In this document: positions 1-8,048 of the stretch, in pieces
How positions within the stretch are numbered: the first letter of the stretch is position 1
Layout of the letters: every line of letters begins with the position of its first letter
From: Promethearchaeota archaeon
Lineage (GTDB): Archaea; Asgardarchaeota; Lokiarchaeia; Sigyniarchaeales; Promethearchaeaceae
NCBI GenBank assembly: GCA_016933055.1
Contig: JAFGBS010000009.1
Location: 150,001 to 182,000, forward strand
DNA: 32,000 nucleotides
Reading direction: 5' to 3'
Notes under the pieces: model-generated
What the model saw: only the letters and a program-made list of their open reading frames with translations
Databases searched by the model: none
Told to the model about the DNA's origin: nothing
Translations under genes and position numbers: made by a program

Positions 1-262
1 GTTTTATGCATGGATTAAACGGAAAACTGGTAGCAGGGCTCTCTGGGTTCGATCAGTTGTCACCGATATCCCGAGCTTGGCTATTGATAGTTGTATTTTC
101 GTAACTCTTGCTTTTGGAGTGTTTACCACGACCCCGAATTGGGCTATGGTAGGTCCTACAATACTGGGACAATTAATTACAAAATGGATCTTAGGGATTG
201 TTGATACTCCATTTCTCTACTTAGATAGATGGATTGTAAATTACAAAAAAAAAGAAAAATAG
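1..262 (+). CDS. Queuosine/archaeosine precursor transporter (YhhQ/VUT, DUF165), C-terminal part; gene truncated by window start
   Basis: Frame 2 is open from position 2 (FYAWIKRKTGSRALWVRSVVTDIPSLAIDSCIFVTLAFG...KWILGIVDTPFLY). This matches the YhhQ C-terminal pattern W-x-R...D-S/T-x-x-F-x-x-x-AF and D-T-P-F-x-Y. Confidence 0.75.
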   Translation, partial: FYAWIKRKTGSRALWVRSVVTDIPSLAIDSCIFVTLAFGVFTTTPNWAMVGPTILGQLITKWILGIVDTPFLYLDRWIVNYKKKEK

Positions 263-293
263 CCCAAATTTCATAGTTAAATTGAAGTAGATT

Positions 294-941
294 TTATCTA
301 CTTCGTGCTTCTTTCCTATAAGCATCCATTTTACTTTGTTCAAAGATGTTACCCATTCCCCCCCCACTAACGGGTACCATTTTAAACAACCTTTGGAGGA
401 TCATGCTAACAGTAAACGAACAAAGGAAGTAAAATGCTGTATAATTTATCCATCCCCAAGCCCCCCATTCTCCGGCTGCTAGCATCATGTTATTCAAGAA
501 GTTTAATGGTATGGTTGATGGGTTCATGGGAGGTAATGCTATTGGAGGTTGGATCACCGATCCTCCGGTTCCAGAGACTCCAAAAAATCTTCGTATCAAA
601 GTAAATATCAAAATCATAGGAAGGAATGTAATACATGTAGGTTTCAATCTTTCTAGAGACATTTTTTGTTGCATCTTCTGGATACTTTTGTCCCTTCTTT
701 CCCATTTTACTACTTCTTTTTCATATTTTTTGGGACTCTCCTCCTGCAATTCATCCAACCGTTTTCTTTCTGCTTGATGATCTTTAATCCTTTGTTGCTT
801 AACCAACATCGCTTTGGGATCAAGAAGTAGTTTATTTAAGCCTATGCTAATCAATGTAACGCATATACTAATGAAAAGTATAAAAAACATTGCACCTGGT
901 GGTACTCTTAGCCATTCTATAAATTCATTCCATGTAACCAT
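294..941 (-). CDS. EMC3/TMCO1/Get1 family (DUF106, Oxa1 superfamily) membrane insertase
   Basis: N-terminal TM, cytoplasmic coiled coil (KQQRIKDHQAERKRL...IQKMQQKMS), KPTCITFLPMILIF helix and C-terminal FYFLCSF motif. Lies directly downstream of secY, the usual archaeal context. Confidence 0.85.
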   Translation of the reverse strand: MVTWNEFIEWLRVPPGAMFFILFISICVTLISIGLNKLLLDPKAMLVKQQRIKDHQAERKRLDELQEESPKKYEKEVVKWERRDKSIQKMQQKMSLERLKPTCITFLPMILIFTLIRRFFGVSGTGGSVIQPPIALPPMNPSTIPLNFLNNMMLAAGEWGAWGWINYTAFYFLCSFTVSMILQRLFKMVPVSGGGMGNIFEQSKMDAYRKEARSR

Positions 942-1018
942 TATATTGACCTATGATAAATTCAATGCTACTAGTTATTACACAATAAGAGAAAATAAAT
1001 AAAGTATAGGATCCTCAC

Positions 1019-2485
1019 CTATTTTCCAAGGAATCCGGAAAGCGTGGGGTATTGCTCTGACGCAGCTTCTTTAGCAATGGTTTCGGCGAAATTCTGCATA
1101 ATACCCACCATTAATAGTAATCCTGTACCAGAACCTAACGCCCCCAAGAAATCCGCGGCAAAGCTTAGTGCAGCAACTATTATTCCATTAATTACGGTTA
1201 AGGCGGGAATATATCGTTCCAAGATTTTCTCAATGACTTTTTCAGAGGATCTAAAGCCATCAATCTGCATTTTGCTACCCAGTATCTGACGCGCAATATC
1301 TCGAGGAGCTAAACCGGACACTTCTACCCAAATTTTCCCCAAAAGAATACACAATACCAGAAAGATTGCTAAATAGATGATCGAATGAAGCACTATAAAA
1401 TCTCCCGCTTCCCCGTACACGATCGAACTGATTCCTTGGGGTGGGGTAAGATAATAGGCTAATCCTCTTATGGGACGCAGTTGATTACTATCAGGCACTT
1501 CCACAAATACACCAATCAAATCCAGGAATGGATCGTTTCCATCACGGAACCTACTATTAGGTCCTGCAAGTAATTGTGCAAAAAATAAGACATTTGCATA
1601 CAATGCTTGCACCAAAATAACTGGAATGTTACTAACATACATCAATTTCATGGGATATTTTCCCTTGAAACCACTATACCCTTTGTAAGATAAAGGGATT
1701 TCAATCCGCATGGATTCGAAATATACGACGACTAAAAATATGATTATTGTGGTAAACACTCCCAGCATACTGGGGAGACTATTCTCTCGAATAAACACCT
1801 CCCCCATCGTGATATCTTTCCTGCCAAGTAATGCCTCAAAAAACGCGATGATTGCTCCTCGACTTGGTGGATTATCACCGGATTGATCGGGGAAGAATGA
1901 AAACGCATTCCATAAAATCTGCCCGGCAACATTCGCCCCGATAAAAAGACTGACACCAGAACCGATTCCCCAGCCTTTTTGCAGCATTTCATCCATCATC
2001 ATGATTATAATAGTAGCGAATAGTAACTGGAAAAATATTATGATCTGATTTGCCACTGGAATTCCCTCTCCGAACGCACCCCCGACTAAATATGCAATAG
2101 CTTGGGCAATAGTCAGCAATACGGCCATTACTTTTTGTACGCCAGAAAATAATCCTCTCTCTACCGGATCACTCATATCTACATTAATGATTTTACTCCC
2201 TACTAGCAATTGCATAACGAGACCGGCAGTAACTATTGGGCCTATTCCGAATTCAGTTAAACGTCCTCGTTGGGATGCTAGAATTACTCGCATCCAATAG
2301 AAATAATCTACTTGCTCTTCAATGTTAATCCCAAATAATGGTACATTAGACATTATCAGATAAATGACCAGAACAACTGCAGTCCAAATCAGTTTCTCTT
2401 TGAATGAAACTTCTCTATCTGGTGCTTTAGCTTCCGGCATGAGACGGGTTATAGGTCTAAAGAGTCGAAGAAACTTACTTGGCAT
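1019..2485 (-). CDS. secY: Preprotein translocase subunit SecY (Sec61alpha)
   Basis: 488 aa multi-pass protein with FKEKLIWT, GRLTEFGIGPIVTAG, MDEMLQKGWGIGSGVSLFI, YPMKLMYVSNIPVIL and GALGSGTGLLL motifs of archaeal SecY/Sec61alpha. Confidence 0.98.
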   Translation of the reverse strand: MPSKFLRLFRPITRLMPEAKAPDREVSFKEKLIWTAVVLVIYLIMSNVPLFGINIEEQVDYFYWMRVILASQRGRLTEFGIGPIVTAGLVMQLLVGSKIINVDMSDPVERGLFSGVQKVMAVLLTIAQAIAYLVGGAFGEGIPVANQIIIFFQLLFATIIIMMMDEMLQKGWGIGSGVSLFIGANVAGQILWNAFSFFPDQSGDNPPSRGAIIAFFEALLGRKDITMGEVFIRENSLPSMLGVFTTIIIFLVVVYFESMRIEIPLSYKGYSGFKGKYPMKLMYVSNIPVILVQALYANVLFFAQLLAGPNSRFRDGNDPFLDLIGVFVEVPDSNQLRPIRGLAYYLTPPQGISSIVYGEAGDFIVLHSIIYLAIFLVLCILLGKIWVEVSGLAPRDIARQILGSKMQIDGFRSSEKVIEKILERYIPALTVINGIIVAALSFAADFLGALGSGTGLLLMVGIMQNFAETIAKEAASEQYPTLSGFLGK

Positions 2486-2669
2486 GCTGTATTTTACCTA
2501 CTAGTTAATTTTCTTTTTAAGTTGACTTCCACATAACGGTCTAGATCAAATAGTCGTGTGGTGTGTTCAATTTATTTTTTTCGCTTAGCATATCTGGTGC
2601 AATTCTTTACTTTTTTCCAAAAATTTGAAATTTCTCCGATAAATTACATCTAACATTGGACATAATTAA

Positions 2670-2775
2670 GGATCCGTTGCCCAGCCAGGAATCTAGTTTT
2701 TTCAAGAAAATTAGAATGGAATAAGGCACTGCCCTCCTAAGGCAGTGATCGCAGGTTCAAATCCTGCCGGATCCG
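2670..2775 (+). tRNA. tRNA-Arg(CCT) with a ~31-nt non-canonical intron in the D-loop (position 20/20a; intron about 2691-2721)
   Basis: Acceptor stem GGATCCG (2670-2676)/CGGATCC (2768-2774); anticodon arm CTGCC-CT[CCT]AA-GGCAG (2729-2745); T-arm GCAGG-TTCAAAT-CCTGC. The D-loop AGCCAGGA..TA is interrupted by a hairpin TCTAGTTTT/AAAATTAGA. Confidence 0.9.
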
Positions 2776-2871
2776 CTAAATTATCTGAATCTATTCACAA
2801 TGATGCCAGATCTGTCTTGATTTCTCTCCTTGTCCAAAAAAAACCAATACTATGGTCAACGGACACAAAAG

Positions 2872-3501
2872 CTATTTGAGTTCATCTAACCGGGACTTTA
2901 ATTCTAACAAGTCCTTCCATAATTTATAAAATAGAACACTACTAGATATATTTGAATGTGCGGAGGTGGGTTGGTGCAGGTAAGTTCCTTCCAATTCTCG
3001 CTCTTTTTCCCATCGATCTCGTAGTTTCTTAAACTCTTCTTCTTCTGATTCATCTATAATTGTCTTTTCTTTTATGAAGATTTTGTATAATTTTATCTTA
3101 TCACTAATATCCTCAAGAAGTTTTGAATGTCTTCTCATTTGAGTGACAGTATCTGCGGGTGATTTGTTTTTAGTGAGCTGATGTAAAAGCCATTCCTGCT
3201 GAGTATCTTTTACATTATCTTTCTCATCTAATAATCCAAATTCCTTATATCGTGCGATTTTCTCCTCTCTTGAAGTATCAGTTGAAATGGTAAACATTCC
3301 TTTCGGAGCGTTTATAATAACTTTTGTAACCAACCGAATGTTCTGACCACAAGAGGGACAAGCAAAATGGTATCGTTTCCCATCTAAGAAATCTTGTGTT
3401 AGTGCAGGGTCCATCCATGATGTAATGGATGCATAATATACCACAGAAAATGATTCATCACATTTAGGACAACTTATCGTTCGTTTTTGCAACTGTGTCA
3501 T
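2872..3501 (-). CDS. CpXC-domain (zinc-ribbon) protein with C-terminal helical region
   Basis: CPKC...SITSWMDPALTQDFLDG..YHFACPSCG is the two-knuckle CpXC signature. The C-terminus is charged and helical. Confidence 0.75.
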   Translation of the reverse strand: MTQLQKRTISCPKCDESFSVVYYASITSWMDPALTQDFLDGKRYHFACPSCGQNIRLVTKVIINAPKGMFTISTDTSREEKIARYKEFGLLDEKDNVKDTQQEWLLHQLTKNKSPADTVTQMRRHSKLLEDISDKIKLYKIFIKEKTIIDESEEEEFKKLRDRWEKERELEGTYLHQPTSAHSNISSSVLFYKLWKDLLELKSRLDELK

Positions 3502-3543
3502 ATGGTAGAAAAACGGAAATTCGAGATAATAAAAATTATGTAT

Positions 3544-4281
3544 TTAATCGTCCTTTATGAATTCCGATTTATCCTTAAGTAATTCATCCTCAGCTGCAGT
3601 AAAGGATTTATCTATTCGCTTCATCAGCCAGTCTTTGATTTGAAGGAAGTTTTTTGTAAGCCCTTTAGCCTTTTCTATCGGAAAAGGTGCATCTTGATTC
3701 TCTTTAAAGGCCGTATTCATCCATTTCATTACGGCAAGCTCTACCACATTTGCGTTCTCAGCACTCCGAATTAATGGAATTAACGCACCTCGTTCACGAA
3801 CTTCCCCGATACCGCCATAGACATTTCTAGCTAAATCTTTGTCCATAGCAAGATGGATCACCCTATCAATTTTTCGTTCTACTAAGATGGTTTTGGTTAT
3901 CTGATTTTGGAGGTTTGCTGATCGTTTTTTGAAATCTTGACTGATTGTCTTCATTTTCTGTTCTATATCGTGAATCGCATTGAGTTTACTTTCTTCCTCC
4001 GCATATAATGTAATCTCAACATTTCTTTCTGTTCCTACTATGTCAATAAAGACTTTTTCTGTAGGCGAATAGAATATGGCTTCATTCCCAACCTCTTCAT
4101 CACCAGGTTGTATATGCACATAAACATTTCGGGTTGGTACGTTATTTGCGGCATGATAGGATAGTTCAAAAAGCGATTTTTTAGAAATAGAATCGTAAGG
4201 AATATGAATCGATTTATTTGCCCATTCTGTCTTGATCTTCTGAAAACGCTCTAACAACACGATAACATCAACTTTTTTCAA
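3544..4281 (-). CDS. Hypothetical protein (alpha/beta N-terminal half, helical C-terminal half)
   Basis: 245-aa ORF with TTG start and soluble composition, co-oriented with SepSecS and the CpXC gene. No family recognised. Confidence 0.7.
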   Translation of the reverse strand: MKKVDVIVLLERFQKIKTEWANKSIHIPYDSISKKSLFELSYHAANNVPTRNVYVHIQPGDEEVGNEAIFYSPTEKVFIDIVGTERNVEITLYAEEESKLNAIHDIEQKMKTISQDFKKRSANLQNQITKTILVERKIDRVIHLAMDKDLARNVYGGIGEVRERGALIPLIRSAENANVVELAVMKWMNTAFKENQDAPFPIEKAKGLTKNFLQIKDWLMKRIDKSFTAAEDELLKDKSEFIKDD

Positions 4282-4376
4282 TAATACCCTTAGAGTAGAT
4301 AACGTAATTCTTTCCTTAATGAATTGCTTTGTATTTTATCCTTTTATATTTGTCTTTTACCCTTCTTGATTCCTCG

Positions 4377-5825
4377 CTAAGAGAATTTTTGTTGCACTTG
4401 AAGGTATGCTTTTTTAAGATTGGAAATCGCACCTATTATATCCTCTCGACGGCTGCCAATTGCTGCATTCATGACGATATAAGGGTGAGGGTAGGATTGC
4501 GTTGACGGTCCGAAATCTTTAGTTTTTGGATTAACCACACGAGGTCCAGTAACTCGAAGATTATATAAGAACCCTCCTAGGGCTTCTATTTGGGGGTAGG
4601 TTAGATTTTTTAATGACATCATGCATGCAATGGGATTATGGACATCTAATACCATTTCGTTCAATTGTATTGCAAGATTATTAAGTTCTAATTCTAATAA
4701 ACTCCGGTTTTCTTCTTGTGCCTGTAATGCTTGTTGAAATCCATTTAAACCCAAGGAGAGCATGGAGACTACAAAATGGAGTATGGGTGCTGCATTTGCT
4801 CGGCCTGCATAAGCTTCGGATATTTTTCTTATGGTTTCTTTATTTGGACTGGCAATGATTGCTCCACCCACGGGAGTGAGGAAATTTTTATCCGTACTTT
4901 GCACGATAGCATCCACTCGCCCTCCCCTCATCGCTTGCTCTATCATTTTCATAAAAGTGGTCGATTGTACTCCGTATCCGTTATTGATAATGTGCGCGAT
5001 ATTGTGTTCCTTTGCGAGTTTTGCAATTTCTATGATATTATCTGGTGCACGGGGAGGGAAAAATGATGTGGTAGATAACACTCCAAAGGTCTTTTTCGTA
5101 ATTCGATCTCTAATTACCTGGATTGGAATATAAACAGCATCAGTGCCATGAGTTTCAATGAATTTAATATAATCCTCAATATACTTATTTTTTTTAAGAG
5201 TTCGATAATTATCAAGTAAACTTTTTCCGTATATACTCTCTATTGTAACATTTTCTAATCCTGTTAATTCAATTGCTTTTCTAGGGGAGTTATGATCCAT
5301 CCGAGGAAATATAAGTTGAGTTTTATTGGTGAGCTCGCTGAATTGGTGCAATATTCCTTTAATTGCTAACATTAGCGTCATCCCCGTTCCCATTGGAACT
5401 GTCATTGCACCTTGAAGGGATTTTAATCCGTGCTTTTTCAGGATATTTAGGGCAAAAGAATCTGATAAGGAATTTAGGATTGAGCCTCCAACTGCTTTTG
5501 GTTGAGCAGCTTTAAGATTTCCGCTCCTGCCAATCCCATGAATGAATCCTGCGGTGAGATCGTATAAAATTGGTGTAGATACTCTTGCCTCCCTTTCTCC
5601 GATTCTCATAGCTTGAGGATCATTATTCGAGTCAAGGTTCGCCAAAAACTCTAAAAAGAAACGGATTTGGGTATCTGACCACCCCTTTTCCGGAATAGTA
5701 CGCTGAGTCAATACAATTTCCATAGGTTTTATAAAAGATTGAAGACCGACCATACCTCTTTGAACCATATTTGAGGCAATGGGGAAAGTTTCTAGCATTT
5801 CAAGAATTTTTTTACGATCCAGCAT
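4377..5825 (-). CDS. spcS: O-phosphoseryl-tRNA(Sec) selenium transferase (SepSecS)
   Basis: IGEREARV, HGIGRSGNLKAAQPKAVGGS, HIINNGYGVQ and PLP-lysine motif VQSTDKNFLTPVGGAII. Confidence 0.95.
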   Translation of the reverse strand: MLDRKKILEMLETFPIASNMVQRGMVGLQSFIKPMEIVLTQRTIPEKGWSDTQIRFFLEFLANLDSNNDPQAMRIGEREARVSTPILYDLTAGFIHGIGRSGNLKAAQPKAVGGSILNSLSDSFALNILKKHGLKSLQGAMTVPMGTGMTLMLAIKGILHQFSELTNKTQLIFPRMDHNSPRKAIELTGLENVTIESIYGKSLLDNYRTLKKNKYIEDYIKFIETHGTDAVYIPIQVIRDRITKKTFGVLSTTSFFPPRAPDNIIEIAKLAKEHNIAHIINNGYGVQSTTFMKMIEQAMRGGRVDAIVQSTDKNFLTPVGGAIIASPNKETIRKISEAYAGRANAAPILHFVVSMLSLGLNGFQQALQAQEENRSLLELELNNLAIQLNEMVLDVHNPIACMMSLKNLTYPQIEALGGFLYNLRVTGPRVVNPKTKDFGPSTQSYPHPYIVMNAAIGSRREDIIGAISNLKKAYLQVQQKFS

Positions 5826-5876
5826 ATATTACTGTAAAAAGTGCGAAGAAATAAAAAATCAGTACATCAATTGAAA

Positions 5877-6707
5877 TTACGGACGTAACACAATTTGCTG
5901 TCCCGAATGAGTTTGTAAAAACTTAGCCGCAGAATCTTGTTTCATGCAAATCTCTAAGAATCCTGAGGATCCTCGTACTAATCCTAGTTTATCGTCCTCT
6001 ATATCCTCAAATTTATTGTATATCTTCAATTCATGCTCTTTATAATTCACGGAGGAGATTTTTTTTAGTGCATTCACGGGAAGGTTGGTCACAATATTAC
6101 CAAATGTATCAATCCAAAGGGCGACACAAACGATTTTTTGATAGTTTCCCCCTGCATGTTGAATATTAGGTGTTGCAAAAGCTTGGTTTACTAAAACATC
6201 CTCCATACGTATTTGTGGACCAATCTGGCTGGAATTTATTCCTTTAGCGAGGTTTGCAGCAACTGCACTCATTATATTTCTACCATGAAATGTATCAGAG
6301 ATAAAACGATGAGTTTTCTCAGGTTCATAATAATATAATTTTGGATTATCTACCGTGTAAATTTCTCCGTTAGATATAGGATGAACGGTAATCGGTAAGC
6401 TGAAAATTCCATTATTTGGACCCACAACAACATGTCCATTTTCAAAGACCACTGCAATAATATCTCGTTCGGTTCCGACACCTGGGTCCACAACTACCAC
6501 TATAATGGAGGGTTCTATCATGGTGTGTAATGCGTAAGAGACCATGAACGTGGCTTCCGCAATTGAATAAGGTGTTAAATCATGAGAAATGTCTATAATT
6601 CTGCTTTTTGGAGATATGGTGTGAATCACCGATTTCATTGCAGCAATATAATGACTCCCCTTCTTTGTACCAAAATCAGTTATTAAAGCAACTGCTGAAT
6701 TAGCCAT
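5877..6707 (-). CDS. SAM hydroxide adenosyltransferase (DUF62, chlorinase/fluorinase family)
   Basis: ALITDFG, IIDISHDL, VVVVDPGVGTER, GPNNGIF, SDTFHGRNIM, IDTFGNIVTN and GSSGFLEI motifs. Start placed at ATG 6707 (MANSAVALITDFG) rather than 6761. Confidence 0.93.
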   Translation of the reverse strand: MANSAVALITDFGTKKGSHYIAAMKSVIHTISPKSRIIDISHDLTPYSIAEATFMVSYALHTMIEPSIIVVVVDPGVGTERDIIAVVFENGHVVVGPNNGIFSLPITVHPISNGEIYTVDNPKLYYYEPEKTHRFISDTFHGRNIMSAVAANLAKGINSSQIGPQIRMEDVLVNQAFATPNIQHAGGNYQKIVCVALWIDTFGNIVTNLPVNALKKISSVNYKEHELKIYNKFEDIEDDKLGLVRGSSGFLEICMKQDSAAKFLQTHSGQQIVLRP

Positions 6708-6819
6708 ATAACTAAGAAAGGAAAAGAATGGTATATGTTTTAGGATCAATTGGATCCCCACAGATTTCTTAGAAGATTCTGCTAGATCTTTTTATAACAC
6801 TTAAACTAAATTCTCAATC

Positions 6820-7740
6820 ATGACGTATTCTAATTTTACACTTACCGATCATATTGGTTTAGCAATAGTTGTGCATAAGTGGATTCCCGATTCGGGATCT
6901 CCTAAAGCAATGATATATGTGGGACATGGAATGGCAGAACATGCTCTTCGTTATGCATTTTTTGCTGAAGCTCTAAATAATGCGGGATATGTGGTGTACG
7001 CCGATGATCATCGAGGTCATGGAAAAACGATGGAGGAAGGAAAAGCTGGAGTGCTATATAAGGATGGATGGATAGGAGTTGTCAAAGATATAAAACATGT
7101 GACGGATCAAATGAAAAAAGATTATCCCAATTTACCCTTGTTCCTTTTTGGCCATAGTTGGGGTAGCTTTTTAATTCAAGAATATATGCAGCTATTTCCA
7201 AATGAGGTAAATGGGATCATATTAAGTGGAACTGCAGGACATCAGGACATGTTAGGCATTTTGATTATAATAGGTAAAATTGTAACAAAACTAAAGGGAA
7301 AAGAATCCGAAGCAGGATTAATCTATAAATTAGGAATAGAACCGTTAAATAAACCCTATATAGCAGAAGGTTCCCCGAATGCTTGGATTTCCAGTATTAA
7401 AGAAGAAGTTGCAAAATATGATGCCGATCCTCTCTGTGGATTTAAACCGACAAACGGATATTTTATGGAGATGGGTTTAGCATTTAAGAGAATATGGAAT
7501 AAAAATGCTGAATCCAGAATAAATGTGGATACACCGGTACTCATCATAAATGGATCGGATGATATGGTCTCGCAGCGTTGTAAAAATTTATATCCATTGA
7601 TCAATCGATATCAGGAACTGGGTATAAAAGATCTTAGTTATAAGATATATGAGGACGCACGACACGAAGTTTTGAACGATAAATGTCGGAATAAGGCTGT
7701 CACTGATTGTATTTCTTGGCTAGACTCCCATATGAACTAA
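6820..7740 (+). CDS. Alpha/beta hydrolase, lysophospholipase/monoacylglycerol lipase family
   Basis: HGMAEHALRY, DHRGHGKT, nucleophile elbow GHSWG, GSDDMV (acid) and ARHEVLND (His). Confidence 0.92.
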   Translation: MTYSNFTLTDHIGLAIVVHKWIPDSGSPKAMIYVGHGMAEHALRYAFFAEALNNAGYVVYADDHRGHGKTMEEGKAGVLYKDGWIGVVKDIKHVTDQMKKDYPNLPLFLFGHSWGSFLIQEYMQLFPNEVNGIILSGTAGHQDMLGILIIIGKIVTKLKGKESEAGLIYKLGIEPLNKPYIAEGSPNAWISSIKEEVAKYDADPLCGFKPTNGYFMEMGLAFKRIWNKNAESRINVDTPVLIINGSDDMVSQRCKNLYPLINRYQELGIKDLSYKIYEDARHEVLNDKCRNKAVTDCISWLDSHMN

Positions 7741-7763
7741 AATTTCATTAAAACACAATTCTA

Positions 7764-7862
7764 CTTTCTTTTTTATGCATAAGCTATATATATCAAAAAT
7801 AAAAAAAAAGGATTTAATCTACATTTGTTGAACCTAATCGCATTTTTTTTCGTTTTTTTTTA
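7764..7862 (+). terminator. Probable oligo(T) terminator region in the gap between convergent genes
   Basis: Several T7-T9 tracts on the + strand downstream of the hydrolase stop. A-tracts (7795-7809, 7995-8036) would be T-tracts for the opposite gene. Archaeal intrinsic terminators are oligo(T). Confidence 0.35.
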
Positions 7863-8048
7863 ATACGACAGTTGTATAAAGGGGTAACTATAGTGTGCGA
7901 TAGACGTTTAGTTAGGATTTTTGATGATTGCATGGAAAAATCGTATTATGGATGGATTCTTGGGGAAAGGGGAGATGACCGCACAGTACAACGGAAAAAA
8001 AGGAAAAATTTTACCGATTAGCTTCGGTAAAAAAAGAGTAGATTATTA

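Noticed and set aside
6708-6761. ORF-track 5' extensions of DUF62 (and similarly cmk 20220, rpl14e 20910, mptA 20167, Vps28-like 15235)
   Set aside because: Family motifs begin at downstream in-frame ATGs; the extensions look like intergenic AT-rich sequence.
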